From contig JBBAEV010000001.1 in the NCBI GenBank assembly GCA_041655735.1, forward strand, positions 2,890 to 66,889: a stretch of 64,000 nucleotides of DNA. The letters run 5' to 3'. Positions within the stretch are counted from its first letter, which is position 1; each line of letters begins with the position of its first letter. This document shows, in pieces, positions 26,858-36,956 of the stretch. This stretch comes from Bacilli bacterium. Its GTDB lineage: Bacteria; Bacillota_I; Bacilli_A; RF39; UBA660. The position numbers and the translations under genes are program-made. The notes under the pieces are model-generated. The model saw only the letters and a list, made by a program, of their open reading frames with translations, did not search any database and had not been told where the DNA came from.

Positions 26858-29812
26858 TCAATCTATTACTTTAATTTTTATCGCTATTATTTGTAATTTT
26901 GCTAGTCTTCTTTCTACTTTTCCTTTTACTAAAATTACATTGCCTTTTTTTAAATCACTATAATCTTTATATAAATTAGGGAATACTGTTAAATCAATAT
27001 TAGATAATTCATCACTACAACTAATAAAAGCCATTTTTTCTTTATTTTTAGTATCAATTACTTTTACTGATTCTATATAAAGTAATAAATTTATTTCTTG
27101 GTTTAAATATTTATTTAAATCAGATAAAGAGATTATATTTTTATAATTACCTTTAAATTTAGTAATTGGGTGATTACTTAAATAAAAACCAAATACTCTT
27201 TCTTCTAAACTCATTAGTTCAGTATTACTATATTCACTTATTACTTCCATTTCTGGTTTTTCTACTAAAGATTCATCTAAATTAGAAGTAAGTTCCGCAT
27301 AATTTAACATATTGTCAATATTATGATGTAATGTTTTTTTGTTATATCCAAAATCACTAAAACATCCCGCATCAATTAAAGATTCAATTGTACCTTTAGT
27401 AACACTTTTACCATAAGTTCTAGAAACAAAATCAAAGATATCAGTAAATTTACTTTTATTTCTTTCTTCTAATATTATCTTACAAGCCCCTATTCCTACA
27501 TTACGAATAGTAGATAAGCTAAATCTAATTCCTAAATCTTCAACCATATATTTATCCATACTTAAATTAATTGATGGTTTTAAAATATTAATATCATTTT
27601 TACGACACTCATAAATATATTCTCTTGTTTTAACTTCACTACCAATAACACTAGTTAATAAATTACTCATAAAATATTTAGGATAATGACTTTTTAAATA
27701 AGCCATTTTAAACCCTATCATTGAATATGCAACTGAATGAGAACGATTAAATCCATAATTAGCAAATTTAAAGATCAAATCATAAACCCTAGTAGCAGCT
27801 TCTTTAGCATAACCTTTTTTAATACTACGAAAGACAAATTTTTCTTTTTCTTCTCTTAAAATATCTACTTTCTTTTTACTCATAGCCCTTCTTAAAACAT
27901 CTGCTTCTCCTAACGAATAACCAGCCATAACATTAGCTATTTGCATTATTTGTTCTTGATATATGATAATGCCATAAGTAGGTTTTAATATCTCTTCTAA
28001 ATCATCATGAATATAAGTTATCTTTTCTTTCCCTTCTCTTCTTTTTATATAAGAGGGAATATTTCCCATTGGACCAGGTCTAAATATCGCATTACATACT
28101 ACAATATCTTCAAAGTTACTAGGTTTCATCTTTTGAAGCAAGTTCATCATGCCTTTACTTTCAAACTGAAAAACTCCAATAGTATCTGCTTCTTTAAATA
28201 ATTCAATAGTTTTTTTATCGTTAAAATCAATGTTATTAATATCGATATCATCGCCATTTTTTACTATGTCATTTATAATATTATTCATTGTCGCAAGATG
28301 CGTTATCCCTAAAAAGTCCATTTTTAAAAGCCCTAATTCTTCTAAATAATCCATAGAATAGCCAGTGGTTAAAACATCGTTAGTAGACTTATCTAAAGGA
28401 ATAATATCATCTAATTCTACATCTGATATTATTACTCCTGCTGCATGAATAGAAGTATGTCTTGGAATACCTTCAATATGTATACTGATTTCATACATTT
28501 TTTTAAGTTCGTTAGAAGAATCTATTAACTTTCTTAAATCATTATTATTTTTATAGTTATCTGCAAGTGATATTTTTACATTATTAGGTAAGAGTTTCGC
28601 AACCTTATCTACTAATTTGATAGGTACATCTAAAATCCTCCCAACATCACGAATTGCTTGTTTCGGTCCCAATGTTCCAAAAGTAATAATTTGGGCAACT
28701 TTCTTTTTACCATACTTAGCAATTACATAATCTATTACTTGTTCCCTTTTATCATCAGGAAAATCAATATCAATATCAGGCATTGTTATTCTTTCTGGAT
28801 TTAAAAACCTTTCAAATAATAAATTATATTTTAATGGATCAACATCAGTTATACCTAAACAAAATGATACTAAACTGCCGGCCGCACTACCTCTGCCTGG
28901 ACCCACCAATATATTATTGTTTTTAGAATACTTAATAAAATCCCATACTACTAAAAAATAATCCGAAAACCCTAATTTATTAATAATAGATAACTCATAC
29001 TTTAATCTTTCTATATAATTTTCTTTTAAGTTATTATTTAATCTTTTCTTTAAACCCCTTTTACATAAATCTATTAAATATTCATAAGAAGATAAATTAG
29101 ATTGAGTTTTAAATTTTGGTAATAAGTTCTTACTATTATTAAACTCTACATTACACATATTTTTTATCTTAATAGTATTTTCAATATCAATAATAGGACT
29201 TATCTTATTTATTTCATTTAATTCTTTTAAATAGTTATCATTACCTACTAATCTATCCCTTTCTTCATCATATTTCTTACCATCTCTAATCGCATACACA
29301 TAATCCAAATAAATACTATCCTTTTTTTCTAAATATAAAACATTATTAATATATACTAACTTATTTTCAAACTCTTTTAACAATTCTCTTTCTTTAGTAT
29401 TTTTATATCCAAAATAAATATCTTTATAAATATCTTTTAATAAATTATATTTTTCTTTATATACACAAGGAATAACACATATTAATGATTTATTATATGT
29501 AGTTAAATCTTCAATATCTAATTCTTTAAAATTCTTCTTACTAACTAATTTAATTAAACTTTTATAACCATTATAATCTTTTGCATATAATAAAATATAA
29601 AATTCCTTTAGTTTAAGTTCTAAACCAATAATAGGTTTAATATCATTTTTCTTACACTCTTTATAAAACTCCATAACCCCATACATATTATCGTCAGTAA
29701 TTGTGAGGGAGGTATATCCTAACTCTTTCGCGTGGCTTACAAACTCTTTTATATTATTTAAACTAGACAATAATGAATAACTGGTTTTTACTTGTAAAGG
29801 AACATATTTCAT
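26858..29812 (-). CDS. dnaE: DNA polymerase III alpha subunit DnaE
   Basis: PHP domain at the N-terminus and PolIIIalpha core. 984 aa. Confidence 0.9.
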   Translation of the reverse strand: MKYVPLQVKTSYSLLSSLNNIKEFVSHAKELGYTSLTITDDNMYGVMEFYKECKKNDIKPIIGLELKLKEFYILLYAKDYNGYKSLIKLVSKKNFKELDIEDLTTYNKSLICVIPCVYKEKYNLLKDIYKDIYFGYKNTKERELLKEFENKLVYINNVLYLEKKDSIYLDYVYAIRDGKKYDEERDRLVGNDNYLKELNEINKISPIIDIENTIKIKNMCNVEFNNSKNLLPKFKTQSNLSSYEYLIDLCKRGLKKRLNNNLKENYIERLKYELSIINKLGFSDYFLVVWDFIKYSKNNNILVGPGRGSAAGSLVSFCLGITDVDPLKYNLLFERFLNPERITMPDIDIDFPDDKREQVIDYVIAKYGKKKVAQIITFGTLGPKQAIRDVGRILDVPIKLVDKVAKLLPNNVKISLADNYKNNNDLRKLIDSSNELKKMYEISIHIEGIPRHTSIHAAGVIISDVELDDIIPLDKSTNDVLTTGYSMDYLEELGLLKMDFLGITHLATMNNIINDIVKNGDDIDINNIDFNDKKTIELFKEADTIGVFQFESKGMMNLLQKMKPSNFEDIVVCNAIFRPGPMGNIPSYIKRREGKEKITYIHDDLEEILKPTYGIIIYQEQIMQIANVMAGYSLGEADVLRRAMSKKKVDILREEKEKFVFRSIKKGYAKEAATRVYDLIFKFANYGFNRSHSVAYSMIGFKMAYLKSHYPKYFMSNLLTSVIGSEVKTREYIYECRKNDINILKPSINLSMDKYMVEDLGIRFSLSTIRNVGIGACKIILEERNKSKFTDIFDFVSRTYGKSVTKGTIESLIDAGCFSDFGYNKKTLHHNIDNMLNYAELTSNLDESLVEKPEMEVISEYSNTELMSLEERVFGFYLSNHPITKFKGNYKNIISLSDLNKYLNQEINLLLYIESVKVIDTKNKEKMAFISCSDELSNIDLTVFPNLYKDYSDLKKGNVILVKGKVERRLAKLQIIAIKIKVID

Positions 29813-29929
29813 AAGTATACCTCCTTACTAATTTTATTTTACTATATTTTGATTTTTTTATCTATTAAAATTGACTTATCCCATAATATATGATAAATTA
29901 TAAACACGTAATTAAAAGGAGGAAACTAT

Positions 29930-30112
29930 ATGTCAAAGAAAGCAACTACTAGAAAACCTTTATTTGGAAATAGAAGATCACATGCTTTAAATACTACAAA
30001 ACATGCTCAAAAATTAAATATGCAAAAAGTCACTTTACCTAATGGTAAAAGTGTTATCTTAAGCGCTAGAGAAGCTAAAAAATTTAAAAAAGACGAAACA
30101 ATTAAAGAATAA
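29930..30112 (+). CDS. rpmB: 50S ribosomal protein L28
   Basis: NRRSHALN motif. RBS AAAGGAGG. Strong terminator downstream. Confidence 0.8.
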   Translation: MSKKATTRKPLFGNRRSHALNTTKHAQKLNMQKVTLPNGKSVILSAREAKKFKKDETIKE

Positions 30113-30113
30113 A

Positions 30114-30142
30114 ACTCTTAAGTAAACTTAAGAGTTTTTTAT
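30114..30142 (+). terminator. intrinsic terminator of rpmB (AACTCTTAAG-TAAA-CTTAAGAGTT plus TTTT)
   Basis: Perfect 10-bp inverted repeat followed by a T-run. Confidence 0.7.
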
Positions 30143-30271
30143 TTCCCTTTAAATAATCTTCCTATAAATCTAATAATACAAGATAAGAAGTTAGGAATCT
30201 TTATAGTACAAAAATGCATATATTCCCTCCTCTAATAAAGTATATTTATATCAAGTAAAAAAAATAACTAA

Positions 30272-30928
30272 TTAGTTATTTTTTAATGTATTTATTTTAT
30301 CATCATAATTATAACCTCTTAATATATATGATGTTGAAACAAGAATATCAGCGCCTTGTTCTTTACATAATTTTCCTGTTTCCTCATTAATACCACCATC
30401 TACTTCAATCGAAATATTAACATTTTTTTTCATTATTTCTGATTTTAATTCTGATATTTTTTCTAAACTATCTAGTATAAAAGTTTGTCCACTAGCACCT
30501 GGTTCAACACTCATTACAAGAACTAAATCGATTTTATCTAAATAATCATATATATCTTTAATAGGGGTTTTAGGTTTTACTGATACCCCGCATTTTATTC
30601 CATAACTTTTTATTTTATCTATATATTTATTTATATCTTTTGAAAGTTCATAATGAATAGTAATTATTGAAGTATTTAATAAAGCAAACTGTTCTATCAA
30701 ATGATTAGGATTATTAACCATTAAATGAACATCTAAAGGTATTTTATTATCTTTTAATAAACTTTTTATTTTAGAAAAAGACATTGATTTTGATTTCACA
30801 AAATTTCCATCCATAATATCAATATGAATATAATCAGTATTTGTATTATTTAATTTCTTTATTACTTCCTTTACATTATTTTCATACAAAACAGAGGTTG
30901 AAATCTTTACCATAATATCACATCCCAT
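30272..30928 (-). CDS. rpe: ribulose-phosphate 3-epimerase (start may be the internal Met at about 30913)
   Basis: Rpe motifs (HIDIMDGNFV, HLMV). Confidence 0.9.
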   Translation of the reverse strand: MGCDIMVKISTSVLYENNVKEVIKKLNNTNTDYIHIDIMDGNFVKSKSMSFSKIKSLLKDNKIPLDVHLMVNNPNHLIEQFALLNTSIITIHYELSKDINKYIDKIKSYGIKCGVSVKPKTPIKDIYDYLDKIDLVLVMSVEPGASGQTFILDSLEKISELKSEIMKKNVNISIEVDGGINEETGKLCKEQGADILVSTSYILRGYNYDDKINTLKNN

Positions 30929-31802
30929 TAATAAACTTTATATAGTTATCATATCTACTCTTTAAGATAATACCTTTTTCTACCGCTTGTTTTATTAAAC
31001 AATCTTTTTCCTTTAAATGCATACACCCCTTATATTTACAGTGATAGTTTTTAAATTCAATAAAATTATCTCTTATATCTTCTTTATTCATACCTTTAAA
31101 ATCTAAGGCAGAAAACCCTGGAGTATCTGCCACATACCCTTTATTTGTTTCTAACAACTCAACATGTCTCGTAGTGTGTTTCCCTCTTCCTAAAGAAAGT
31201 GATATAGGATTAGTTTCTAATTGTAACTTTTTATTTAATAAATTAAGCAAAGTACTTTTCCCCACACCACTTTGACCTGTTATAACAGTTATTTTGTTTT
31301 TAAATATTTTTTTTATTCTTTTCTTTTGACTAGTAATAAAAAAAGAATAACCTATTTTTTTATAATACTTTAAGATATTTATAATATCTTTTTTTTCTTT
31401 TTTATTTAACAGATCCATCTTAGAAACATAAATAATAGGTTTAATATGATTAAATTCAATAACCACCAATAATTTATCTAATAAATTAGTAGAAAAATTT
31501 GGCTCTTTAGCGCTAATCACAATAAGAGCTTGGTCTACATTACTTATTGGTGGTCTTATTAATTCATTATAACGAGGTAAAATATTCATAATATACCCTT
31601 TATTATTATCTATAATGTTAAACTCTATAATATCCCCCACTAATGGTGTAATATTATTTTTCCAAAACTTTCCTCGAGCTTGACATTCAAATATATTATT
31701 ATTACTTTCAACATAATAAAAGTCACGCATAATTTTTATAATTTTACCTTTTTCCATAATATCCCCTTTATTCAGTTGGTGTTTCTTCCTCGGTTTCGTC
31801 AT
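30918..31802 (-). CDS. rsgA: ribosome small-subunit-dependent GTPase RsgA (CpgA)
   Basis: GQSGVGKSTLLN G1 motif. Zn-binding C-terminus CxHxxExxC. Confidence 0.9.
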   Translation of the reverse strand: MTKPRKKHQLNKGDIMEKGKIIKIMRDFYYVESNNNIFECQARGKFWKNNITPLVGDIIEFNIIDNNKGYIMNILPRYNELIRPPISNVDQALIVISAKEPNFSTNLLDKLLVVIEFNHIKPIIYVSKMDLLNKKEKKDIINILKYYKKIGYSFFITSQKKRIKKIFKNKITVITGQSGVGKSTLLNLLNKKLQLETNPISLSLGRGKHTTRHVELLETNKGYVADTPGFSALDFKGMNKEDIRDNFIEFKNYHCKYKGCMHLKEKDCLIKQAVEKGIILKSRYDNYIKFINGM

Positions 31803-33498
31803 CTGGTATTATCGGTTCCTTAGTTATTTTTATTTTTAAAGTAGTACCAGATATAATTTTAGTACCCGCAGTCCTACTTTGGTAAATAATAGTACCCGGC
31901 TCTTCCGCAATTGTTTCTACATATTCTTTTGTTAAAATTAAACCATATTCCTCCGCAAATGCTTCTACATCAGAAACAGACCAGGCATCTTTTACCATGT
32001 CTGGATATTCAGATACAATATCAGGAATATATAAAGTTACTGTATCCCCTTTTGTTACTTCTGTTCCTGCTTCTGGTTCTTGCCTAATAATAGAATTTTC
32101 TACTACTTCTTCATCATCTTCTGACTCTTCTTTTTCTATTAACACATTTAATTCATACAATTCTTCTAAAATAGCCTTTACCTCTATATAATTTCTTCCT
32201 GTATAATCTTCCAAAGTTATTTTAGTTGTCCCTGTTGATTCATAAAGAGTTATAACTGTTCCTTTTCTTCTTGTTCTACCAATTCCTGGTTCCGTTTTTA
32301 CTATTAAACCTTCATCTACAGTATCACTAGAAATCTTTTCAGTTTTAGTTGCTACTTCAAACCCTTCTTCTTTTAATTTTTTTTCAGCTTCTACCACTGT
32401 CATTCCTGACACATCAGGAATTTTAAACTCTGGAACTTTAGTTAAAGCTGGAACTAATAAAAATATAATTAGAAATAATAAAACTAATGATCCTATAATA
32501 CCACTTAAAATAATCAATGTTTTATTTATTTTCTTTTCTTCAATTGGTTTTGCAATACTACTCTCCTCCACCTTCACATCTTTAAATCTACTAGAATTTA
32601 TAACTGATAACCTTTTCGTTGTTTCTAAATCTTGTTCTTCATGTTCATATAAATATTTATCTTCTTCTTTTCTTGATTCATCCAAAACTGTTTTTAAATC
32701 ATTATACATTTCCATTGCATCACTATATCTATTTTGTGGATTTTTAGCAGTTGCTTTTATAATGACATTTTCAACACTTTGAGGAATATTATCATTTTGT
32801 TTTCTTACACTTGGTACTTCATCTTTTAAATGTTTAAGAGCTATTTCTACCGCATTATCACCTTTAAAAGGAATACGACCTAACAACAGTTCATACATTA
32901 AAATACCTAAAGAGTATATGTCGCTTTTTATTGTTGCCCCATTACCATTAGCCTGTTCAGGAGGAAGATAATGAACAGAACCCATAACTGAATTAGTTTG
33001 TGTTAATTGTGTACCATTTAAAGCCATCGCAATTCCAAAATCAGTTATTTTTACTCTACCATCTTCCATAATTAAAATATTTAATGGTTTTATATCACGA
33101 TGAATAATATATGATTCATGCGCATGCGCTACTGCTGAAGTTAACTGTAACATTATATCAATTACTTCAGTTAAGGCAAGGGCCCCCCTTTTCTTTATTA
33201 ATTCTTTTAATGTCTTACCTTCTATATATTCCATTACAATATAATAATTGCCATCATCTTCTCCTACATCATACATTTCAACAATATTGGGATGACTAAG
33301 TGAAGAAGCCGATAATGCCTCTCTTTGAAAACGACGAACAAATTTATCATCACTAGATAAATCGCCACGTAATATTTTTACTGCTACCTTACGATTTAGA
33401 ATAATATCTTCAGCTAAATAAACATTAGCCATACCACCTTCACCAATCGTTTTAATAATTTGGTAGCGGTCATTAATTTTTTGCCCCTTTATCACCAT
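31768..33498 (-). CDS. prkC: Ser/Thr protein kinase with PASTA repeats (PrkC/PknB)
   Basis: Hanks kinase motifs (HRDIKPLNIL, DFGIA). TM segment. Three PASTA-like repeats. Confidence 0.9.
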   Translation of the reverse strand: MVIKGQKINDRYQIIKTIGEGGMANVYLAEDIILNRKVAVKILRGDLSSDDKFVRRFQREALSASSLSHPNIVEMYDVGEDDGNYYIVMEYIEGKTLKELIKKRGALALTEVIDIMLQLTSAVAHAHESYIIHRDIKPLNILIMEDGRVKITDFGIAMALNGTQLTQTNSVMGSVHYLPPEQANGNGATIKSDIYSLGILMYELLLGRIPFKGDNAVEIALKHLKDEVPSVRKQNDNIPQSVENVIIKATAKNPQNRYSDAMEMYNDLKTVLDESRKEEDKYLYEHEEQDLETTKRLSVINSSRFKDVKVEESSIAKPIEEKKINKTLIILSGIIGSLVLLFLIIFLLVPALTKVPEFKIPDVSGMTVVEAEKKLKEEGFEVATKTEKISSDTVDEGLIVKTEPGIGRTRRKGTVITLYESTGTTKITLEDYTGRNYIEVKAILEELYELNVLIEKEESEDDEEVVENSIIRQEPEAGTEVTKGDTVTLYIPDIVSEYPDMVKDAWSVSDVEAFAEEYGLILTKEYVETIAEEPGTIIYQSRTAGTKIISGTTLKIKITKEPIIPDDETEEETPTE

Positions 33499-33501
33499 AA
33501 A

Positions 33502-34239
33502 TTAATCACCACTTTCTTTTTCTAGATACGCAATGGATATATTATCTGTTCCACCTCGGTTATTACTTTTTTTAATTAATCTTATAATCTTGTCTTCTAT
33601 ACTAAAATCACTGTTTAAAACTCTTTCAATTTGTTCTTTTGTAACCATTGTTGTTAATCCATCACTACAAAGCATTATAGACTGTATTTCTGTATCTACA
33701 TCAAAAATATCTATTTCCACTGGATCATTAGCCCCTAATGCTTTCATTAATACATTTTTACGAGGATGCCCTTCTGCTTCTTCTTCGCTAAGTTCTCCTG
33801 TTGACACTAATAAATTAACTAAAGTATGGTCTCTTGTAACCTTATGAAGAACATTATTCTTCATTACAAAACCAGAACTATCTCCAATATTACCAAATAT
33901 TAAATATTCTTTAGTAAACATACAAACAACTAATGTTGTCCCCATTCCCTTACTTTCAGGATTTTCACTAGTATACTTAAAAATATTATTATTTATTTCA
34001 CTAACATTATCTTTCAACCATTTAACAGCTTCTTTTTTGCCCCCTATGGTATTTAATTTGCCAAACTCTTTGCCTAAATGAGTAACTGCTAAAGAAGATG
34101 CCACTTCGCCAGCCCTATGACCTCCCATACCATCTGCTACTGCCATTAGATATTCATCACTTATATTCTTAGTTATTATTACGCTATCTTCATTATGAGT
34201 TCTAACTTTACCTGAATCTGTCAAATAAAATGAGTTCAT
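33502..34239 (-). CDS. prpC: PP2C-family Ser/Thr phosphatase (PrpC/Stp)
   Basis: DGMGGH and DGLT motifs. Confidence 0.9.
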   Translation of the reverse strand: MNSFYLTDSGKVRTHNEDSVIITKNISDEYLMAVADGMGGHRAGEVASSLAVTHLGKEFGKLNTIGGKKEAVKWLKDNVSEINNNIFKYTSENPESKGMGTTLVVCMFTKEYLIFGNIGDSSGFVMKNNVLHKVTRDHTLVNLLVSTGELSEEEAEGHPRKNVLMKALGANDPVEIDIFDVDTEIQSIMLCSDGLTTMVTKEQIERVLNSDFSIEDKIIRLIKKSNNRGGTDNISIAYLEKESGD

Positions 34240-34249
34240 ATTGTTCCTC

Positions 34250-35251
34250 CTACCATTCTGCCCTTAATTGTCCACAAGCCGCGGCTATTTCTAAACCAAA
34301 CTCTCTCCTAATTGTAACATTTATTCCCCTCTTTTTTAATATATCATAAAAATGTAATATTTGTTTCTTATTAGTTCTTTTAAATTTATCATCTGTTTCA
34401 TTATAAGGTATTAAATTAACATAGCAATTTATCCCTTTAAGTAGAGTACTCAATTCAATAGCACAATCATCACTATCATTAATATTCTTTAGCATAATAT
34501 ATTCAAAAGTAACTCTTCTATTAGTTTGATTAATATATTTTTTCACCACACTGATAAGTTTACTAATACTATACACTTTATTGATAGGCATTAATCTACT
34601 TCTAAGTTCATCATTAGATGCATGTAAACTAATAGCTAGATTAACCTGAATACCTTCTTTCATAAATTCTTCTATTTTGGGAATTATACCACAAGTTGAT
34701 ATTGTAATATGACGAACTCCTATATCTAACCCTTTATTATTATTTATTATTCTAATGAATTTTAATACATTATCATAATTATCAAAAGGTTCACCAATGC
34801 CCATTAATACTACATGTGATATCCTCTCTTTAATATCTCCTTCAATAAATAGTATTTGTAATATCATATCACTAGCACTTAAATTTCTAACTTTTTTCAA
34901 CTTTCCACTTGCACAAAATAAACATCCCATATTACATCCTACTTGTGTTGAAATACAAATACTATTACCATAATTATGTTTCATTACTACGCTTTCTATT
35001 TTTTCTCCATCAGATAGTTCAAATAAATACTTAAATACATCATCATTACTTTGTTTTTTTATGAGTTTTATTTTTTCTAATGGTTTATCTTTTTCTAACC
35101 TCTCTATTAATTCTTTTTTTATATTAGTCATTTCTTTATAAGAGTCAATTTTCTTTTTATATAACCAATCGAAAATTTGACTAGCTATATACTTTTCTTC
35201 ATTTATATTTAAAAAATATTTTTTTAGTTCTTCTAATGTGTAATTATACAT
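34250..35251 (-). CDS. rlmN: 23S rRNA/tRNA m2A methyltransferase RlmN (radical SAM); start refined to MYNYTLEEL
   Basis: CNMGCLFCASG radical-SAM motif. RBS AAGGTGA before the internal ATG at 35251. Confidence 0.9.
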   Translation of the reverse strand: MYNYTLEELKKYFLNINEEKYIASQIFDWLYKKKIDSYKEMTNIKKELIERLEKDKPLEKIKLIKKQSNDDVFKYLFELSDGEKIESVVMKHNYGNSICISTQVGCNMGCLFCASGKLKKVRNLSASDMILQILFIEGDIKERISHVVLMGIGEPFDNYDNVLKFIRIINNNKGLDIGVRHITISTCGIIPKIEEFMKEGIQVNLAISLHASNDELRSRLMPINKVYSISKLISVVKKYINQTNRRVTFEYIMLKNINDSDDCAIELSTLLKGINCYVNLIPYNETDDKFKRTNKKQILHFYDILKKRGINVTIRREFGLEIAAACGQLRAEW

Positions 35252-35322
35252 AATTTTCACCTTACTTAGTAAGTATATCAAAAAAAAAAGCAAGAATAAA
35301 CAAAAAAAGCCTTAAAAGCTTT

Positions 35323-35991
35323 TTATTTAATACTGTTTACATTACTATAATATACTTCTACCTCATATTTAGTAATATTATTATCCATACTATTAGCCAA
35401 ATTAGTTATATCAAAATATATTTTATCTACATAACTTGTATTAGCATATACCTTCATAATAATATTATCAGTTTCATTATTTAATACTATATCATATTCA
35501 TCACAAAACGAATTAATTGGAACATTATATGTTTGTAAAACTACGCCAGAAAAATATTTTGTTTCTTCATATAATTTGCTTTTTTTTATAAGCTCTAGTA
35601 TTGAATCTATATTTAAAACATCTTTAACTTCTAAAATATAATCTTCTTCTGGGATTACCGAATAATTATCATCTTTTCTTTCTCCTTCATAATTATCTTC
35701 TTTATCACCAATATAATAATTAACTTTATATTTATAATTATTATTCATTAAAGGTGTATATTTAGAATATGTTATTTGTCCATAATCATAAGTATCTGTA
35801 TTATTATTTTCATTATTATTGATTTGATCTTCTGTTGTTTTACTGTCTCCTAAACTACCCATATAAATAAATACTAATATAAAAAACAATACATATAATC
35901 CCAAAGTAAGCCCTGCTTTTTTTCTTTTATCTTTAAGCATTTCTTTTATATTAAATTTATTTTTTTCATTACTAGGATTAGTTTCATTCAT
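35323..35991 (-). CDS. hypothetical single-TM membrane protein (222 aa), in the position where rsmB sits in Bacillus
   Basis: Cytoplasmic KR-rich N-terminus, one TM, Asn/Tyr-rich extracytoplasmic domain. Confidence 0.4.
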   Translation of the reverse strand: MNETNPSNEKNKFNIKEMLKDKRKKAGLTLGLYVLFFILVFIYMGSLGDSKTTEDQINNNENNNTDTYDYGQITYSKYTPLMNNNYKYKVNYYIGDKEDNYEGERKDDNYSVIPEEDYILEVKDVLNIDSILELIKKSKLYEETKYFSGVVLQTYNVPINSFCDEYDIVLNNETDNIIMKVYANTSYVDKIYFDITNLANSMDNNITKYEVEVYYSNVNSIK

Positions 35992-36013
35992 ATTATCACC
36001 TACTACAATTTTA

Positions 36014-36946
36014 CTATATATTTAACATTTTTCCAATTAAAAAGTCATATTTGCCTTTGCCATTCAAATAATCTTTTACTTTCATTTTATTTTTACCTTC
36101 TGGTTGTATTTTAGTAAGTACTATATTTCTATCTTTTGTCTTTATCACAATGCCATCTTTTATTATATCAACTATTTCTCCTGCTTTACCTTTATATTCT
36201 TTCTCTAATATGTATGAATCCCATACCTTAAATACTTTATTATTTAATATGAAATAGGTACCTGGAAATGGATTAAATGCCCTAATATGATTATATACTT
36301 CTAATGCAGTCTTAGTAAAATATAATCTTTCTTCTTCTCTCTTTACATTCCATGCATATGTTACTTCATCTTCATTCTGTTTTATTCTTTTGTTAGTACC
36401 TTCAATAATATCTGGAAGCGTCTTTAATAATAAATTCTTTCCTAATGTACTTAATTTATCATGTAAACTTCCACCAATATCATTATCTTCTATCTTAATA
36501 CTTTCTTGACTTATAATATCTCCACTATCCATTTTTTCACTCACACACATAATAGTAATACCTGTTTCTTTATGTCCATATTGTATAGCCCTATGAATTG
36601 GAGCCCCTCCTCTAAGTTTAGGAAGAAGTGAAGCATGAACATTAATACAGCCATATTTAGGATAATCTAATACTTCGTTTGGAATAATTTGACCATAAGC
36701 ACAAGTAATTATAATATCAGGATTTAACTCTAATATATCTTTATAGTCTTCTTTTATTTTTATTGGTTGAAATATCTTTATATTATGTTTTAATGCTATT
36801 TCTTTTACTTTAGAAAACAATATTTCTTTCTTTCTTCCAACTTCTTTATCAGGTTGTGTAACAACCCCTACTACATTATATTTTTCTATTAAAGCTTCTA
36901 ATATAGGTTCACAAAATACAGGTGTTCCCATAAATACTATTTTCAT
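36014..36946 (-). CDS. fmt: methionyl-tRNA formyltransferase
   Basis: MKIVFMGTPVF N-terminus. HASLLPKLRGGAPI motif. Confidence 0.9.
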   Translation of the reverse strand: MKIVFMGTPVFCEPILEALIEKYNVVGVVTQPDKEVGRKKEILFSKVKEIALKHNIKIFQPIKIKEDYKDILELNPDIIITCAYGQIIPNEVLDYPKYGCINVHASLLPKLRGGAPIHRAIQYGHKETGITIMCVSEKMDSGDIISQESIKIEDNDIGGSLHDKLSTLGKNLLLKTLPDIIEGTNKRIKQNEDEVTYAWNVKREEERLYFTKTALEVYNHIRAFNPFPGTYFILNNKVFKVWDSYILEKEYKGKAGEIVDIIKDGIVIKTKDRNIVLTKIQPEGKNKMKVKDYLNGKGKYDFLIGKMLNI

Positions 36947-36956
36947 ATTATCACCT